Origin: Candidatus Kuenenia stuttgartensis
GTDB taxonomy: Bacteria; Planctomycetota; Planctomycetia; Pirellulales; UBA1268
Assembly: GCA_945877135.1 (NCBI GenBank)
Contig: CAMCQY010000004.1
Span: forward strand, 1,584 to 65,583
DNA length: 64,000 nt
Direction: 5' to 3'
The notes beneath the pieces are model-generated. The model made no database searches, was not told where the DNA came from, and was given only the letters and a program-made list of their open reading frames with translations. Both the position numbers and the translations under genes were made by a program. Positions 49,107-58,760 of the stretch are shown piece after piece (within the stretch, counting starts at the first letter, position 1; the number at the start of each line of letters is the position of its first letter).

Positions 49107-50345
49107 TTATTCATGCCGCGGCCGGTCGCCAGAATTGCCCGCTCCGGGAGGGCGTGTGCCGGCCCCTATCAGGAGCGGCAGTACCTGGAGGGCGAGAAAC
49201 AGTCCGAGCGCCGCGAGCACCACCATGGGCCAGATGCCCGCGATCCGTTCGCCCCATTCCCAGCCGGCCTCGCGGGCAATGCCTCCCACAAGAGTCGCGA
49301 GAACGAGCAGCAGAAGCGTCATCAGCACCAGTCCACAGCCGAGCGAGGCCATGGTGCCTCGGAACGTGCCAAGCTCGGTGAATTCTTCCTGATGCAGATC
49401 GATCGCCCGGCCCTTCGCCAGACTACGCGGCACCGTCTCGGCCAGTTCGATGGTTCGGGCGGCATCAGACCAGGCTGCGGGGGCGATCGTTGTCAGCTCG
49501 CGTCGGCGATGCAGTTCGTCCAGCATCAACGCTCCGCGGTTGAACGCCTGTGTTTCGGAGCGATCACCCGTCCACGTCCACGGCGCGTCATCGTGATGAC
49601 CGGCTTCATCCAGCGATGCGTCCGGAGCGTCAACGGCATTCGTGCCCTCGGCGTGAACGAGCGTGATGCGCAGGCCCGGCTTCTCCCCTCGGACGACCTG
49701 CCACCGCACAGGCACCTGTGCCGGGCCGGTGAAGCCGACGGCCAGCGTGTTCCAGGCGGCATCGGCATCGGCTGTGCCGAGCGTGGAGAGCCGGGAGGGG
49801 TCACCTGCCAGCACTCGCACGAGATCGGCATCCACGGCCAGCGATCGGAGCACGGCCTCTCTCGACCGATCGACGAGCCTCCGCTCCATCGTGATCGTCT
49901 CGACGGGTCCCAGCGGGTCGGCTCCGGCGAGGCCGGCCTCGATCCGCTCCTGGAGGCGGCGGATGAACGGATGGAGCCGGTCGGGTAGAAACGGGATCAG
50001 CGTGGCCCCTGAGTCCCCGCGGATCATGTCGAGCTCGTAAGCCCAGAGCATCGATAGCGATAGCGGGTGGGAAAGCAGCAGGGTGCGGCCCGCCTGCACG
50101 AGCGCCCGCACGCCGGCAGCGCGGGCTTCGGTCCAGCCGTCACCGCCGACCAGCACGGCATCGCAGACCTGTGATTCAAGGAGCGGTTCCCAGGACGGGT
50201 CGCGGGGCACGTCGGCAGCCACCACGGCGGCCAGCGGGCCCACGGTGGGCAGGTCGCAGCCGATTGTGATCGTATCTCCGCGAGCGGCGGCGACCGCCAC
50301 CACCTCCGCGATCCGGGCGTCGATGCCAAGAAGTCCGAGTTTCAT
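49107..50345 (-). CDS. Hypothetical protein with a Gfo/Idh/MocA-like N-terminal half and two C-terminal TM helices
   Basis: N-terminus is MKLGLLGIDARIAEVVAVAAARGD. The C-terminal segments are LGCGLVLMTLLLLVLATLVGG and IWPMVVLAALGLFLALQVLPLL. I chose the ATG at 50345. Confidence 0.45.
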   Translation of the reverse strand: MKLGLLGIDARIAEVVAVAAARGDTITIGCDLPTVGPLAAVVAADVPRDPSWEPLLESQVCDAVLVGGDGWTEARAAGVRALVQAGRTLLLSHPLSLSMLWAYELDMIRGDSGATLIPFLPDRLHPFIRRLQERIEAGLAGADPLGPVETITMERRLVDRSREAVLRSLAVDADLVRVLAGDPSRLSTLGTADADAAWNTLAVGFTGPAQVPVRWQVVRGEKPGLRITLVHAEGTNAVDAPDASLDEAGHHDDAPWTWTGDRSETQAFNRGALMLDELHRRRELTTIAPAAWSDAARTIELAETVPRSLAKGRAIDLHQEEFTELGTFRGTMASLGCGLVLMTLLLLVLATLVGGIAREAGWEWGERIAGIWPMVVLAALGLFLALQVLPLLIGAGTRPPGAGNSGDRPRHE

Positions 50346-50426
50346 GCCGTCATTGTTCACCGGAGGCGTTGATCCGACCAGCCCGGGCCTGTGCAACAGG
50401 GGCCTGCGTGAGGTATACGAGGGGAT

Positions 50427-51707
50427 ATGCAAGCAGAAGTGATCGCCATCGGTGACGAACTCACCACCGGACAGCGGCTCGACACGAACAGCCAGTGGCT
50501 GTCGGCCGAACTCGGCCTACTCGGCATTCCGGTGCTCTTTCACACGACCGTCTGCGATACGCTCGAGGCGGGAGTCGAGGCCTTTCGCATCGCGGCCGCG
50601 CGGTGCGAACTGGTCGTGGCCACCGGCGGCCTGGGGCCCACGGCGGACGATCTCACCAGAGACGTGCTGGCGGCGGTCGCCGGCGAACCGCTCGAACTCT
50701 CGGCGGCGGCGCTCGAGGCGGTGGAGTCGCGGTTTGCCCGGCGGGCCGTGGCGATGCCCGAGAGCAACCGTCGGCAGGCGATGTTTCCCCGTGGCACTCG
50801 GATCATTCCCAATCCCAACGGCACCGCCCCAGGGATCGACCTCGATGTCCGGCGGCCTGATGGCGGCACGAGCCGGATCATCGCGTTGCCCGGTGTGCCC
50901 TCCGAGATGCGGGAGATGTGGCGGGGCACCGTCGAACCCGCACTCGCGGCAATGCTTCCCGAGGCGGGCGTCTTCGTGCATCGCCGCATCAAGTGCTTCG
51001 GGGCAGGAGAGAGTGCTGTCGAGGCAATGCTACCCGACCTGATCCATCGCGGCCGCGATCCGCTCGTCGGCATCACGGCGCACGAGGCAACGATTACACT
51101 GCGGATCGTGGCGCGGGGCCGCGATGAGCGTGAGTGCCGGGCGAAGATCGCTCCCACCGAGCGAACGATCCTGGAGTGCCTCGGGCCGCACGTCTACGGC
51201 GTTGAAGACGATGAAGTGGAGGATGCCGCGGTGCGGGCGCTGGTCAACGCCGGGCAGACGCTTGGCACGATCGAGATCGGCACCGAAGGCCGCGTGGCCG
51301 CCTGCCTGACGCAGGCCGAGGCACGACGACAGGCACAGCAGTCGTCGCTCCTGTCCGGCCAGGTCGGAACGCAGGCGCACGATCCACTTCTGGCGGTCTA
51401 CCGTGGGGGTATGGTGCTGCCAGCCCGGGCGATACCGGGTGTCGAGCATGAGTCCGCCGACAGCATGAAGCGCCTGGCCGAGCGGGCCCGGGCCGATTCT
51501 GGTGCCACTCTGGGTCTTGCGGTCGGGGCGGCCCGTCCGGGGCCTGAGGGCCGCAGCGTGGTGGTGATCGCGTTGTCTGACGGGCAGACTGTGGAACAGA
51601 TCGAGCATATGCTGGGGGGCGGCCCGACGCTGGCGTTGTCACGGGCGGCGAAGACCGCCATCGACCTGGTGCGGCGGACGCTCGAACCCAGGATTGCCGC
51701 TTCATGA
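50427..51707 (+). CDS. cinA: CinA family protein (MoCF-binding domain plus NMN deamidase-like domain)
   Basis: N-terminus is MQAEVIAIGDELTTGQRLDTNSQWLS, with GGLGPTADDLT further in. 426 aa. Confidence 0.85.
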   Translation: MQAEVIAIGDELTTGQRLDTNSQWLSAELGLLGIPVLFHTTVCDTLEAGVEAFRIAAARCELVVATGGLGPTADDLTRDVLAAVAGEPLELSAAALEAVESRFARRAVAMPESNRRQAMFPRGTRIIPNPNGTAPGIDLDVRRPDGGTSRIIALPGVPSEMREMWRGTVEPALAAMLPEAGVFVHRRIKCFGAGESAVEAMLPDLIHRGRDPLVGITAHEATITLRIVARGRDERECRAKIAPTERTILECLGPHVYGVEDDEVEDAAVRALVNAGQTLGTIEIGTEGRVAACLTQAEARRQAQQSSLLSGQVGTQAHDPLLAVYRGGMVLPARAIPGVEHESADSMKRLAERARADSGATLGLAVGAARPGPEGRSVVVIALSDGQTVEQIEHMLGGGPTLALSRAAKTAIDLVRRTLEPRIAAS

Positions 51708-52867
51708 GTCCGCAGATCCAGTCGAGTCAAGAATCGAGCCAGAAGCCCAGCCAGCCCGACGACGTGGGCCGGGCCGCCAACTGGCAGACGCTTCTCCTGT
51801 TTGCGGGATTCGTGACGCTCGTGGGGCTGATCGTCTGGCCGTCGCTGGCCGGACGGATCCAGTACGCAAAGACACGTGCCGAACTGTCGGCGATCCGCGA
51901 CGCGGCGGCTGGAGCTGAGCTGAAGTCGGTTGGGAAGCTGTTCACGACGCTGGCGCGGGTCATCGGCCCGGCGGTGGTGAACGTGACGGCGAAGAAGCGA
52001 GTGCACACGCTGGCCGATGAGATCGCCTCTCTGCGGGGTGAGACGCCAGCCGGAGCGACTGACGAATCGGTGGGCTCGGGCGTGATCGTCGAGTCTGACG
52101 GCGTGATCCTCACCAACTACCACGTCGTTGCCCAGAGCGACGAGATCGACGTGACAATCGCCGACGGCCGACGCTTCAAGGCGACGCTCGTGGGGGCCGA
52201 TGCCGCGACCGATCTGGCGGTGCTGCGGGTCGATGCGAAAGATCTGCCGAAGGCCGACTGGGCCGACAGCGACACCGCCGAGGTGGGCGAAATGGCCTGG
52301 GCGATCGGCAATCCGTTCGGTCTCGATCGGACGATCACCTACGGGATTGTCAGTGCCGTGGGTCGGCGGGGCGTGGTGGACAATCCATTCCAGGAGTTCC
52401 TGCAGACCGATGCCTCGATCAACCCGGGCAACTCCGGCGGCCCGCTCGTTGACGTGCACGGCCATGTGATGGGGATCACGACGGCGATTATCGGCAAGGG
52501 GTTCCGCGGTATTGGCTTCGCCATCCCGAGTAACACGGCCCGGCGGGTCTGCGACGAAATCCGTACGACCGGGCACGTGGAACGCGGCTATCTGGGCATG
52601 GCCTTGCGGGAACTGCCGGCGGGCCTCGCCGGCGGGCCGGGGGCCGCCGTGGTCGCCGTGGAGCCCAAGTCCCCGGCCGCGGAGGCTGGGGTGAAGCCGG
52701 GGGATGTGGTGCTCAGCTTCGATGGGGAGGAGATTGCCGAACCGGCAACGCTCGTGCTCCTGCTAACGCGGTCGCCCGTCGGGTCGGAGGTGCCTCTGGA
52801 GATCATCCGCGACGGCAAGCAGCAGACGATCACCGTGCGAGTCGGCCGCCGCCCCCACGACAAATAA
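51704..52867 (+). CDS. HtrA-family serine protease, membrane-anchored, one PDZ domain
   Basis: Has a TM anchor, then TNYHV, DLAVLR and GNSGGPLVDVHGHVMGIT. The start overlaps the cinA stop (ATGA). Confidence 0.85.
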   Translation: MSPQIQSSQESSQKPSQPDDVGRAANWQTLLLFAGFVTLVGLIVWPSLAGRIQYAKTRAELSAIRDAAAGAELKSVGKLFTTLARVIGPAVVNVTAKKRVHTLADEIASLRGETPAGATDESVGSGVIVESDGVILTNYHVVAQSDEIDVTIADGRRFKATLVGADAATDLAVLRVDAKDLPKADWADSDTAEVGEMAWAIGNPFGLDRTITYGIVSAVGRRGVVDNPFQEFLQTDASINPGNSGGPLVDVHGHVMGITTAIIGKGFRGIGFAIPSNTARRVCDEIRTTGHVERGYLGMALRELPAGLAGGPGAAVVAVEPKSPAAEAGVKPGDVVLSFDGEEIAEPATLVLLLTRSPVGSEVPLEIIRDGKQQTITVRVGRRPHDK

Positions 52868-52906
52868 AAGGTGCCAGCCACCAGCTGTGGGGAGTACAAG
52901 CAGAAA

Positions 52907-52938
52907 GGCCGGAGGGTGTCTTTCGATACCCTCCGGCC
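52907..52938 (-). terminator. Hairpin terminator between convergent genes (best fit for the RRM gene)
   Basis: Perfect 11-bp stem GGCCGGAGGGT/ACCCTCCGGCC with a 10-nt loop. On the minus strand it is followed by TTTCTGCTTG. Confidence 0.5.
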
Positions 52939-52964
52939 CTCGAATAGCGTTTCAATCGTGTGGC

Positions 52965-53279
52965 TTAGTAACGGCGACCGCCGCCGCCGCCACCGTAACC
53001 ACCGCGACCACCACCGCCACCGCCACCGCTCTCACGCGGCTTGGCCTCGTTGACGGTCAGAGCCCGGCCGCCAAAATCCTTCTCGTGCATGCCGCTGATC
53101 GCCCGCTGGGCAGCGTCGTCGGACTGCATCTCGACGAACCCGAAGCCCTTGCTGCGACCGGTGTCGCGATCCTGAATCACCTGAGCGCTGACCACGGTTC
53201 CGAATTCAAGGAACATCTGCTCCAGCGACTCGCTCGTCACACTGTACGAAAGGTTTCCGACATAAAGTTTCTTACCCAT
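52965..53279 (-). CDS. RNA-binding protein (RRM domain) with a Gly/Arg-rich tail
   Basis: RNP2 KLYVGNL, RNP1 KGFGFVEM, and a C-terminal GGGGGGGRGGYGGGGGGRRY tail. Confidence 0.9.
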   Translation of the reverse strand: MGKKLYVGNLSYSVTSESLEQMFLEFGTVVSAQVIQDRDTGRSKGFGFVEMQSDDAAQRAISGMHEKDFGGRALTVNEAKPRESGGGGGGGRGGYGGGGGGRRY

Positions 53280-53502
53280 GACACAAAAACTCCTACCAGT
53301 GACCCATTAATGCTTTCGGGGTCACGTCGAAAAGGCCAGAAAGTGGCAGCCCGCCAGAGGGTAAGGGCGAGCTGGAAAGCGGCTGGAGCGGCCGTTTGGC
53401 CGGTCTGCAACAGATAGCATCGTCTCAAACCTACCGTCGCACTCTAGGGCAGAACCGCACGAAACGCAACGTCGCTCCCGGACGAGGTTCGACTCGAAGC
53501 AC

Positions 53503-56500
53503 CTAGGGGGTAGCGTCGCCGGGGGGCGAGCCCTCGGCGGGCGGGTCGTCGAGGAATTTCGCGAAGTTGAACTCGTCGGCCCCGAAGCCGCCGCCGAGTT
53601 TGCCCGTGAAGCCGAAGTCGTCGCCTGGGGTAGCACCCGGCAGCGTCGATTGTGCGGGCGTGGCCGCTCCTCGCGGGGCGGCGAACGGTCGCTCCACCGG
53701 CGTGCCCTGAGGCCGGGCCCGCAACGTGGCCGAGACTCCTGCGAGCCACTCGCCCGATGGAAATGCATAGGGACGGAACTTCTCGAGCGTGCCCGTCTCC
53801 TCGTGGACAAACAGGGCCCGCTGCGGCCCCAGCTTCACGGCCGCGGGGCTGTCTACCAACTGGCTGGAATCGGAGCCGCTCATCTGGAAGAGCACGCGGA
53901 GTTCGAACTCCTTGAGCGCACCACGCTCGAACGTCCGCTGCAGGTTTGTCAGCGAGTCGCACCAGATGAGCACATGAACGCCCACCGGCGGTCCATCCTT
54001 GAGCAGGTTCACCAGATTCTGCGCGGGCGTCGCCTTCTGGTCGCCACCGAATGACGAATAGCCGAAGTCGGCCTCGTTCCGCCGCAGTTCTCGGAAGCGG
54101 GCCAGATCGCGGATGATGACGTAGACCGACTCGCCGTCGAGCACCTGCTCCTCGATCCGTCGCCGGACCTCGGTGGCGAGGCGTTCCACGGCGTCCCCCA
54201 CACTGAGTCGGCCCACCACTTCCGTCTCGTGCGGAAGCGCGGTGGCAAGCGTGGCCAACAGGATGTCGGGCTTCTCCTCGGCGATCGCCGGCTCGAAGAG
54301 CACGAATCGTCCGGCGCGGCCCAGGCCGCCGCCGGGATGGGGATCATGGGCCGCAGCCAGGCTGACCATCGACATCGCCAGCAGGCTCACGCCAAGATCC
54401 TCTCGCTGCCCCACGATGAGCAGATTCGCGCCTCCCTGGCGACGGAAGACAGCCGCCGTCGGATCCTTGATGGCGATCGCATCGCCCAGCCACGCCAGTG
54501 GGACCGGCTCGGGCTTGCCGGCCACCGTGCCTTTGTCGAGCAGTTCGGCAAGCAGGGGGTTTCCGGAGGGAGCGGCCGCCTCGTTGCCGTCGAACACGAT
54601 GCGGGGGAGTGCCGGGATGTCGGTCCGTCGGTCGGCCAGACGTCGCAGCGCGCCGAGATAGCGTTCCCGACGCTCGTCGTTGAGGAACACCACCTGAAAC
54701 GGATTGTTGCCGGCGACCATGCCGTTGGCGTCGTTGTAGATCGCCTCGCCGGGGCGGGTCAGCAGGCGGGCCGCGGTGTTGTCCTCGCTGAGAATGAGGC
54801 TCGAGTCGGCCTCGTTGCATTGCAGTGCGATGCGAACCGCCATCTGCCCCATCGTCGCACGAGGCAGGCTGTAGGAGCCTCCGAGAGTCTGGGAGCCGAG
54901 CAGTACGTGCATGCCAAAGGCTCGGCCCTGGCGGACGAGGCGGTCGAGAATCAGGGCGGCATCCTGGGCGATCTTGTCGTCTTCGACGAAGATTTCCTGA
55001 AACTCGTCGATGATCAGCAGGATTCGCGGCATCGGGTCGGGGTGGCCCGTCTGGCGGAAGCCGGCGACATCCTGCACGGCGCACTCGCGGAACAGATCAC
55101 CGCGATGCTTCAGCTCGCGGTCGAGCTGCTCGAGCACCGACAGCCCGAATTCCCGTTCGCTCTCGATGGCGATCACGCGGGCGTGCGGCAGCTTGTAGTG
55201 GTCGTAGAGCTTGAACTCGACGCCCTTCTTGAAGTCGATCAGGTAGAACTGGATCTCGCTGGGGCTGTAGTTGAGAGCGAGGCTTGTGATCAGCGCGTGC
55301 ATGAGCGTGGATTTGCCCGAACCCGTCTTGCCTGCGATCAAGGCATGCTGGCTCGTGCCCTTGCCAAGCTTGATGAACTGGAGCTTCTTGGCGCCGGCCG
55401 GGCCCAGCGGCGCGAGCACCTCGCTGGCGGTGCTCCCCGTCCACCACTCCTCCTCCTTCGGCGCCACGCGGTCGAAGGGCACCTCGACCCGCTTGGCCGC
55501 CTTGGCCGCCTTGCCGACCCGCTGGATGATCTTGGTGAACACCTCGTCCGACGGAGGCTGCTCGACTGCAAGGGGCCACTTGCAGAACTCCGCGTCGCTC
55601 GTCCAGGTGGTGACGCCGTCCTTGAGCGTGAGCACGGTGGCATGCTTCTCGAGGTCGGCGATGCTGAAGTTCGACGGCATGTGCTGCGATGTGTCGATCG
55701 AGACGATCGTGTAGACGCCGCAGCGAGCGCCGGAGGCGGCGATGCTGGCCAGACGCCGGGCGCTGTTCTCGGTGAAGTTGGCAGGAAAGTTTGCGACCAC
55801 GACGAAGCGATAGGGCTCAGGCACCTCGGCGTCGGCGTTGTAGGCGCCAATCGATTCGTATTCGTTTCGGAGGTATTTCTGGATCACAAGTTCGATCTGT
55901 TCGGTAATGTCGGCCAGGCATTGCTCGATCTGCGGCGGCTCTGTCCAGATTCGGCTGGTGACCAGAAGTTCGTCGTAATCGGCCAGATGCATGAAGCCGG
56001 CGAACTGCTTGCCCAGGCCGAGCGGATCGATGATCGTGAACCTGCTCTGGCCGGCCGGGATGCCGCTGGCGATCCGCAGCATGAACGCCTGCATCATGTC
56101 GGAGGCGGGTTCTTTCTGGTCGCCGGTGGCCCGGATCACCAGCGACGCGGCGGAGGGGAACGGCACGATTGCCGGCTGGGTCCAGGCGACCGGACCGAAG
56201 GTGTTCAGGTCGGGCTGCGACGACACGCCCCCCGGCACGTTTTCCAGCGAGAGAGCCAGTTGCCCGAACCGTAGGCCCGGCGGCGGCAGCGTCGGCAGCG
56301 GGCACTCCTCAGTGGACAGCTCACTCCAGGGATGGAAGGCAGCGGCATCGACGGCGGCGGCATCTTCGTAGATCGCGGCGGTCTCCGTGCGGGCCGTTCG
56401 CCAGGCTTCGGTCATCGCCTGCCAGCGTTCGGCCCGACGGCGGCCGGCAGCAGACAGCCGCTCGTCGCGAGCCCGCACCAGTTCTGCCACGGCCTGTCCA

Positions 56501-57882
56501 CGGCCGGCGGTCAACATCTCCAGCCGCGCCGGGTATTTCGCGTCTGCAGCCTCGCGGACCGTGGTGCGTTTCTTGTCGATGGCTTGAACGGCCGTCTCGT
56601 ACTTCGCCGCCAGGTCGGCAAGGAGCTTGTCGCGTTTCTCCGCAGCCCCGGCGATATCGGCCTCAGCCTTGAGCTTCCGCTGATTGGCTTCCTCCGCGAA
56701 CGTGGCATCGAGCTTCGCCAGCTGCGCGTCGTGGCGGGCCTTGACGTAGCGGCCGCTCGCCACGAGGCAGTGACGCGTGCGGGCAATGGAGCCGACGAGT
56801 TCATCCCGCGCTGCAACTGCCTGGGCGGAGGCTGTCTTTCGCATTCGGCCAATAAACCAGAATCCGATCCCGATCCCGGCCACCGCCACGGCGGCCAACG
56901 CCGCAATCGCTGCCGTAGCCCGGGTGTTCAGATCGGCAGCCAACGACTCCGGCACCTGCAGGAAGGTCGCCACGGCGGCCCCGATCCCCAGCAGCAGCGG
57001 CAGCATGATGGCTGCCGCCCGCGCGCCGCCAGAAAATGCCCGCGCTACCGACTTCATCCCCAGCACCGCCGCCGACTGGTTGGCCACGGTGGTGCGAAGC
57101 TGCTCGAGGTGCGTCAGCAGGGCGGCCCCGGTCGGCAGCGGCTCGGCAGCGGCCGGCGCCGGCGCGGCCGCTTGCGAGGGCGCGGCCGCTTGCGAGGGCG
57201 TGTCTGGGGCGGCGTCGTTCGAAGCGGCATCGGTTGCCCCAGCGGCGTCGGCAGCGGTGGGCGTGACTTCTGCGAGGGGTGCCGCCACTATCCGGCGATC
57301 GACGAGGAACTTCAGACTGCGGGTGTCGGAGTCGTCGAGCTGGGCGGTGATGTCGGCGAACTGCTTCTCAGCCCGCCGCAGGATCAACGCCGGCTCCTTC
57401 CGCTTCTCCTTGAAGACCTCCTTGGCCTGATTCTCCTCGAAACGCGAGTCTTCCTTGAGCTGCGCGTCCTGCTTTTCCCAGTTGCGTCTGTAGGTCGTGG
57501 CGTAGTTCTTCTGCTGTGCGTCCAGCTTGGTACGCTCGGCGGCAGCTTCTGCGTCGGCCTTCGCGATCACCTCCGCGTGCTCGCGCCGCGTGGCCTCTGA
57601 TTCGCGGGCGTGCTTCTTTTCGACGGCGGCGATCGCCGCGTCCGCCTCGCGTTTTGCCGCGGTGGTTTCGGTGTTGTGCTCGGCGGTGATCTCGCGTTCC
57701 AGCTGGCTCCGGGTGGAAGCAGCCTGGCGCAGGCGGGTGATCTGCTCTCGCAGCAGTTCGCGGTCGTAGGAGGTGTGGCTCACTGCGGCATGTCCATCTA
57801 CGGGTGTCTCACTTCTCGTGTCGGGAGTCGCGGTATCGGGCAACGGAGTGTCAGGAATCGTGGTGTCAGGAATCGTTGCCAT
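53503..57882 (-). CDS. EccC/EssC-like FtsK/SpoIIIE family ATPase (coiled coil, 2 TM, three P-loop domains)
   Basis: The canonical domain has ALIAGKTGSGKST (Walker A) and ILLIIDEFQ (Walker B). It is flanked by degenerate copies (IRATGDQKEPAS / RFVVVANF and LLIVGQREDLGVS / VYVIIRDLARF). TM pair: IMLPLLLGIGAAVATFL and AALAAVAVAGIGIGFWFIG. An SD sequence (GGGAGG) lies 6 nt before the ATG. Confidence 0.85.
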   Translation of the reverse strand: MATIPDTTIPDTPLPDTATPDTRSETPVDGHAAVSHTSYDRELLREQITRLRQAASTRSQLEREITAEHNTETTAAKREADAAIAAVEKKHARESEATRREHAEVIAKADAEAAAERTKLDAQQKNYATTYRRNWEKQDAQLKEDSRFEENQAKEVFKEKRKEPALILRRAEKQFADITAQLDDSDTRSLKFLVDRRIVAAPLAEVTPTAADAAGATDAASNDAAPDTPSQAAAPSQAAAPAPAAAEPLPTGAALLTHLEQLRTTVANQSAAVLGMKSVARAFSGGARAAAIMLPLLLGIGAAVATFLQVPESLAADLNTRATAAIAALAAVAVAGIGIGFWFIGRMRKTASAQAVAARDELVGSIARTRHCLVASGRYVKARHDAQLAKLDATFAEEANQRKLKAEADIAGAAEKRDKLLADLAAKYETAVQAIDKKRTTVREAADAKYPARLEMLTAGRGQAVAELVRARDERLSAAGRRRAERWQAMTEAWRTARTETAAIYEDAAAVDAAAFHPWSELSTEECPLPTLPPPGLRFGQLALSLENVPGGVSSQPDLNTFGPVAWTQPAIVPFPSAASLVIRATGDQKEPASDMMQAFMLRIASGIPAGQSRFTIIDPLGLGKQFAGFMHLADYDELLVTSRIWTEPPQIEQCLADITEQIELVIQKYLRNEYESIGAYNADAEVPEPYRFVVVANFPANFTENSARRLASIAASGARCGVYTIVSIDTSQHMPSNFSIADLEKHATVLTLKDGVTTWTSDAEFCKWPLAVEQPPSDEVFTKIIQRVGKAAKAAKRVEVPFDRVAPKEEEWWTGSTASEVLAPLGPAGAKKLQFIKLGKGTSQHALIAGKTGSGKSTLMHALITSLALNYSPSEIQFYLIDFKKGVEFKLYDHYKLPHARVIAIESEREFGLSVLEQLDRELKHRGDLFRECAVQDVAGFRQTGHPDPMPRILLIIDEFQEIFVEDDKIAQDAALILDRLVRQGRAFGMHVLLGSQTLGGSYSLPRATMGQMAVRIALQCNEADSSLILSEDNTAARLLTRPGEAIYNDANGMVAGNNPFQVVFLNDERRERYLGALRRLADRRTDIPALPRIVFDGNEAAAPSGNPLLAELLDKGTVAGKPEPVPLAWLGDAIAIKDPTAAVFRRQGGANLLIVGQREDLGVSLLAMSMVSLAAAHDPHPGGGLGRAGRFVLFEPAIAEEKPDILLATLATALPHETEVVGRLSVGDAVERLATEVRRRIEEQVLDGESVYVIIRDLARFRELRRNEADFGYSSFGGDQKATPAQNLVNLLKDGPPVGVHVLIWCDSLTNLQRTFERGALKEFELRVLFQMSGSDSSQLVDSPAAVKLGPQRALFVHEETGTLEKFRPYAFPSGEWLAGVSATLRARPQGTPVERPFAAPRGAATPAQSTLPGATPGDDFGFTGKLGGGFGADEFNFAKFLDDPPAEGSPPGDATP

Positions 57883-58099
57883 CGCTCACCTCCCGGCTGG
57901 CGCGAGACAATACCTCGGCAAGCCTGCCGATGGCCTCGAGGGTTTCCTTCACCCGTGGAGAAAGCGGCTCGATGTGCTCCTTGTGGAACGCTCTGCTCGT
58001 GCCGTCGTCCCAGGTTTCCCGGGCCGATTCCCACTTCAGGTGGAGGTGCTTGAGCGCCAGCGCCATCTTCGACGCCCCGCTGGAAAGATCGGCGTTCAT
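57866..58099 (-). CDS. Small helical WXG100-like protein (77 aa)
   Basis: Predicted helix-turn-helix with a central ETWDDGTSRAF. The start overlaps the upstream stop (ATGA at 58096-58099). The 3' end overlaps the ATPase start by 17 nt. GGGGGAG lies upstream. Confidence 0.55.
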   Translation of the reverse strand: MNADLSSGASKMALALKHLHLKWESARETWDDGTSRAFHKEHIEPLSPRVKETLEAIGRLAEVLSRASREVSDGNDS

Positions 58100-58743
58100 G
58101 CCCCGTCTCCCCCGCGACCGGCCGGAGGTGCTGACGGGGCCTGCCCGCCGCCGGTGCTGTGGTTTGCAGCCGGTGCCACGGCGGACGACGGCTCATCCAC
58201 GGGCCGCGCGACCGATGCCGTCGTGTTGTCCGCCGCTCCGCCAGCTGCGCTGCGAGGCGCCGACGTATGGACATAGTGGTCGAGTGAGACGAGCATCCGT
58301 TCCAGCCTCGCCACGGCCTTTGGGCAGTCAACGTCGATCACCTCTCGGAATCGCGTCATGCGGACGCCCGTCTCCTGAAACTGCTGCCGCACCACGGGGG
58401 CCCACCGACGCACGGCCTCCGCCTTCTCTTCGGCGCGTGCCAGCTTCTTTCTGGCCTTCTCGAGCGCTTTCTTCTCCTCGATGCAGGAGGGCTCGTTGTT
58501 GCCCACCTTCTTGAACGTCCGGCAGTGCTGCAGGTCCTTCATCGCCTGGTTGACGCCATCGGCAGCCCGGCGGACCTCCGTCTTCCAATAGGCGGCCTGT
58601 TCGATGCAGATCCAATCCACAATTCGTTGGGCCTGCATTTCGACCTCGGCAAGCGATTGGCCCGTTTCATGGCCAAACGCCACCATTGCCGCCTTCACGA
58701 AGGCGAGCGTATCGATCGAGTTGACTTCCGCTTGTGTGGACAT
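58096..58743 (-). CDS. Helical hypothetical protein (215 aa) with an Ala/Pro/Gly-rich tail
   Basis: Sits between the two WXG-like genes. The ATG at 58743 is 18 nt after the upstream stop. It has a coiled-coil segment KKALEKARKKLARAEEKAEAVRRW. I recognised no family. Confidence 0.5.
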   Translation of the reverse strand: MSTQAEVNSIDTLAFVKAAMVAFGHETGQSLAEVEMQAQRIVDWICIEQAAYWKTEVRRAADGVNQAMKDLQHCRTFKKVGNNEPSCIEEKKALEKARKKLARAEEKAEAVRRWAPVVRQQFQETGVRMTRFREVIDVDCPKAVARLERMLVSLDHYVHTSAPRSAAGGAADNTTASVARPVDEPSSAVAPAANHSTGGGQAPSAPPAGRGGDGA

Positions 58744-58760
58744 GGCTGGCGTGGTGGTTG

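Noticed and set aside
54229-56274. 681-aa plus-strand ORF antisense to the FtsK/SpoIIIE-like gene
   Set aside because: It has no motifs and is Arg/Gly/Asp-rich. The minus strand carries Walker A/B motifs and a continuous 1459-aa frame.
53503-57882. Interpreting the large ATPase as the housekeeping chromosome translocase FtsK
   Set aside because: It has only two TM helices after a long coiled-coil N-domain, three tandem P-loop domains instead of one motor, and no gamma-like winged-helix C-terminus. It is also operon-linked to WXG-like genes. An EccC/EssC-like role fits better.
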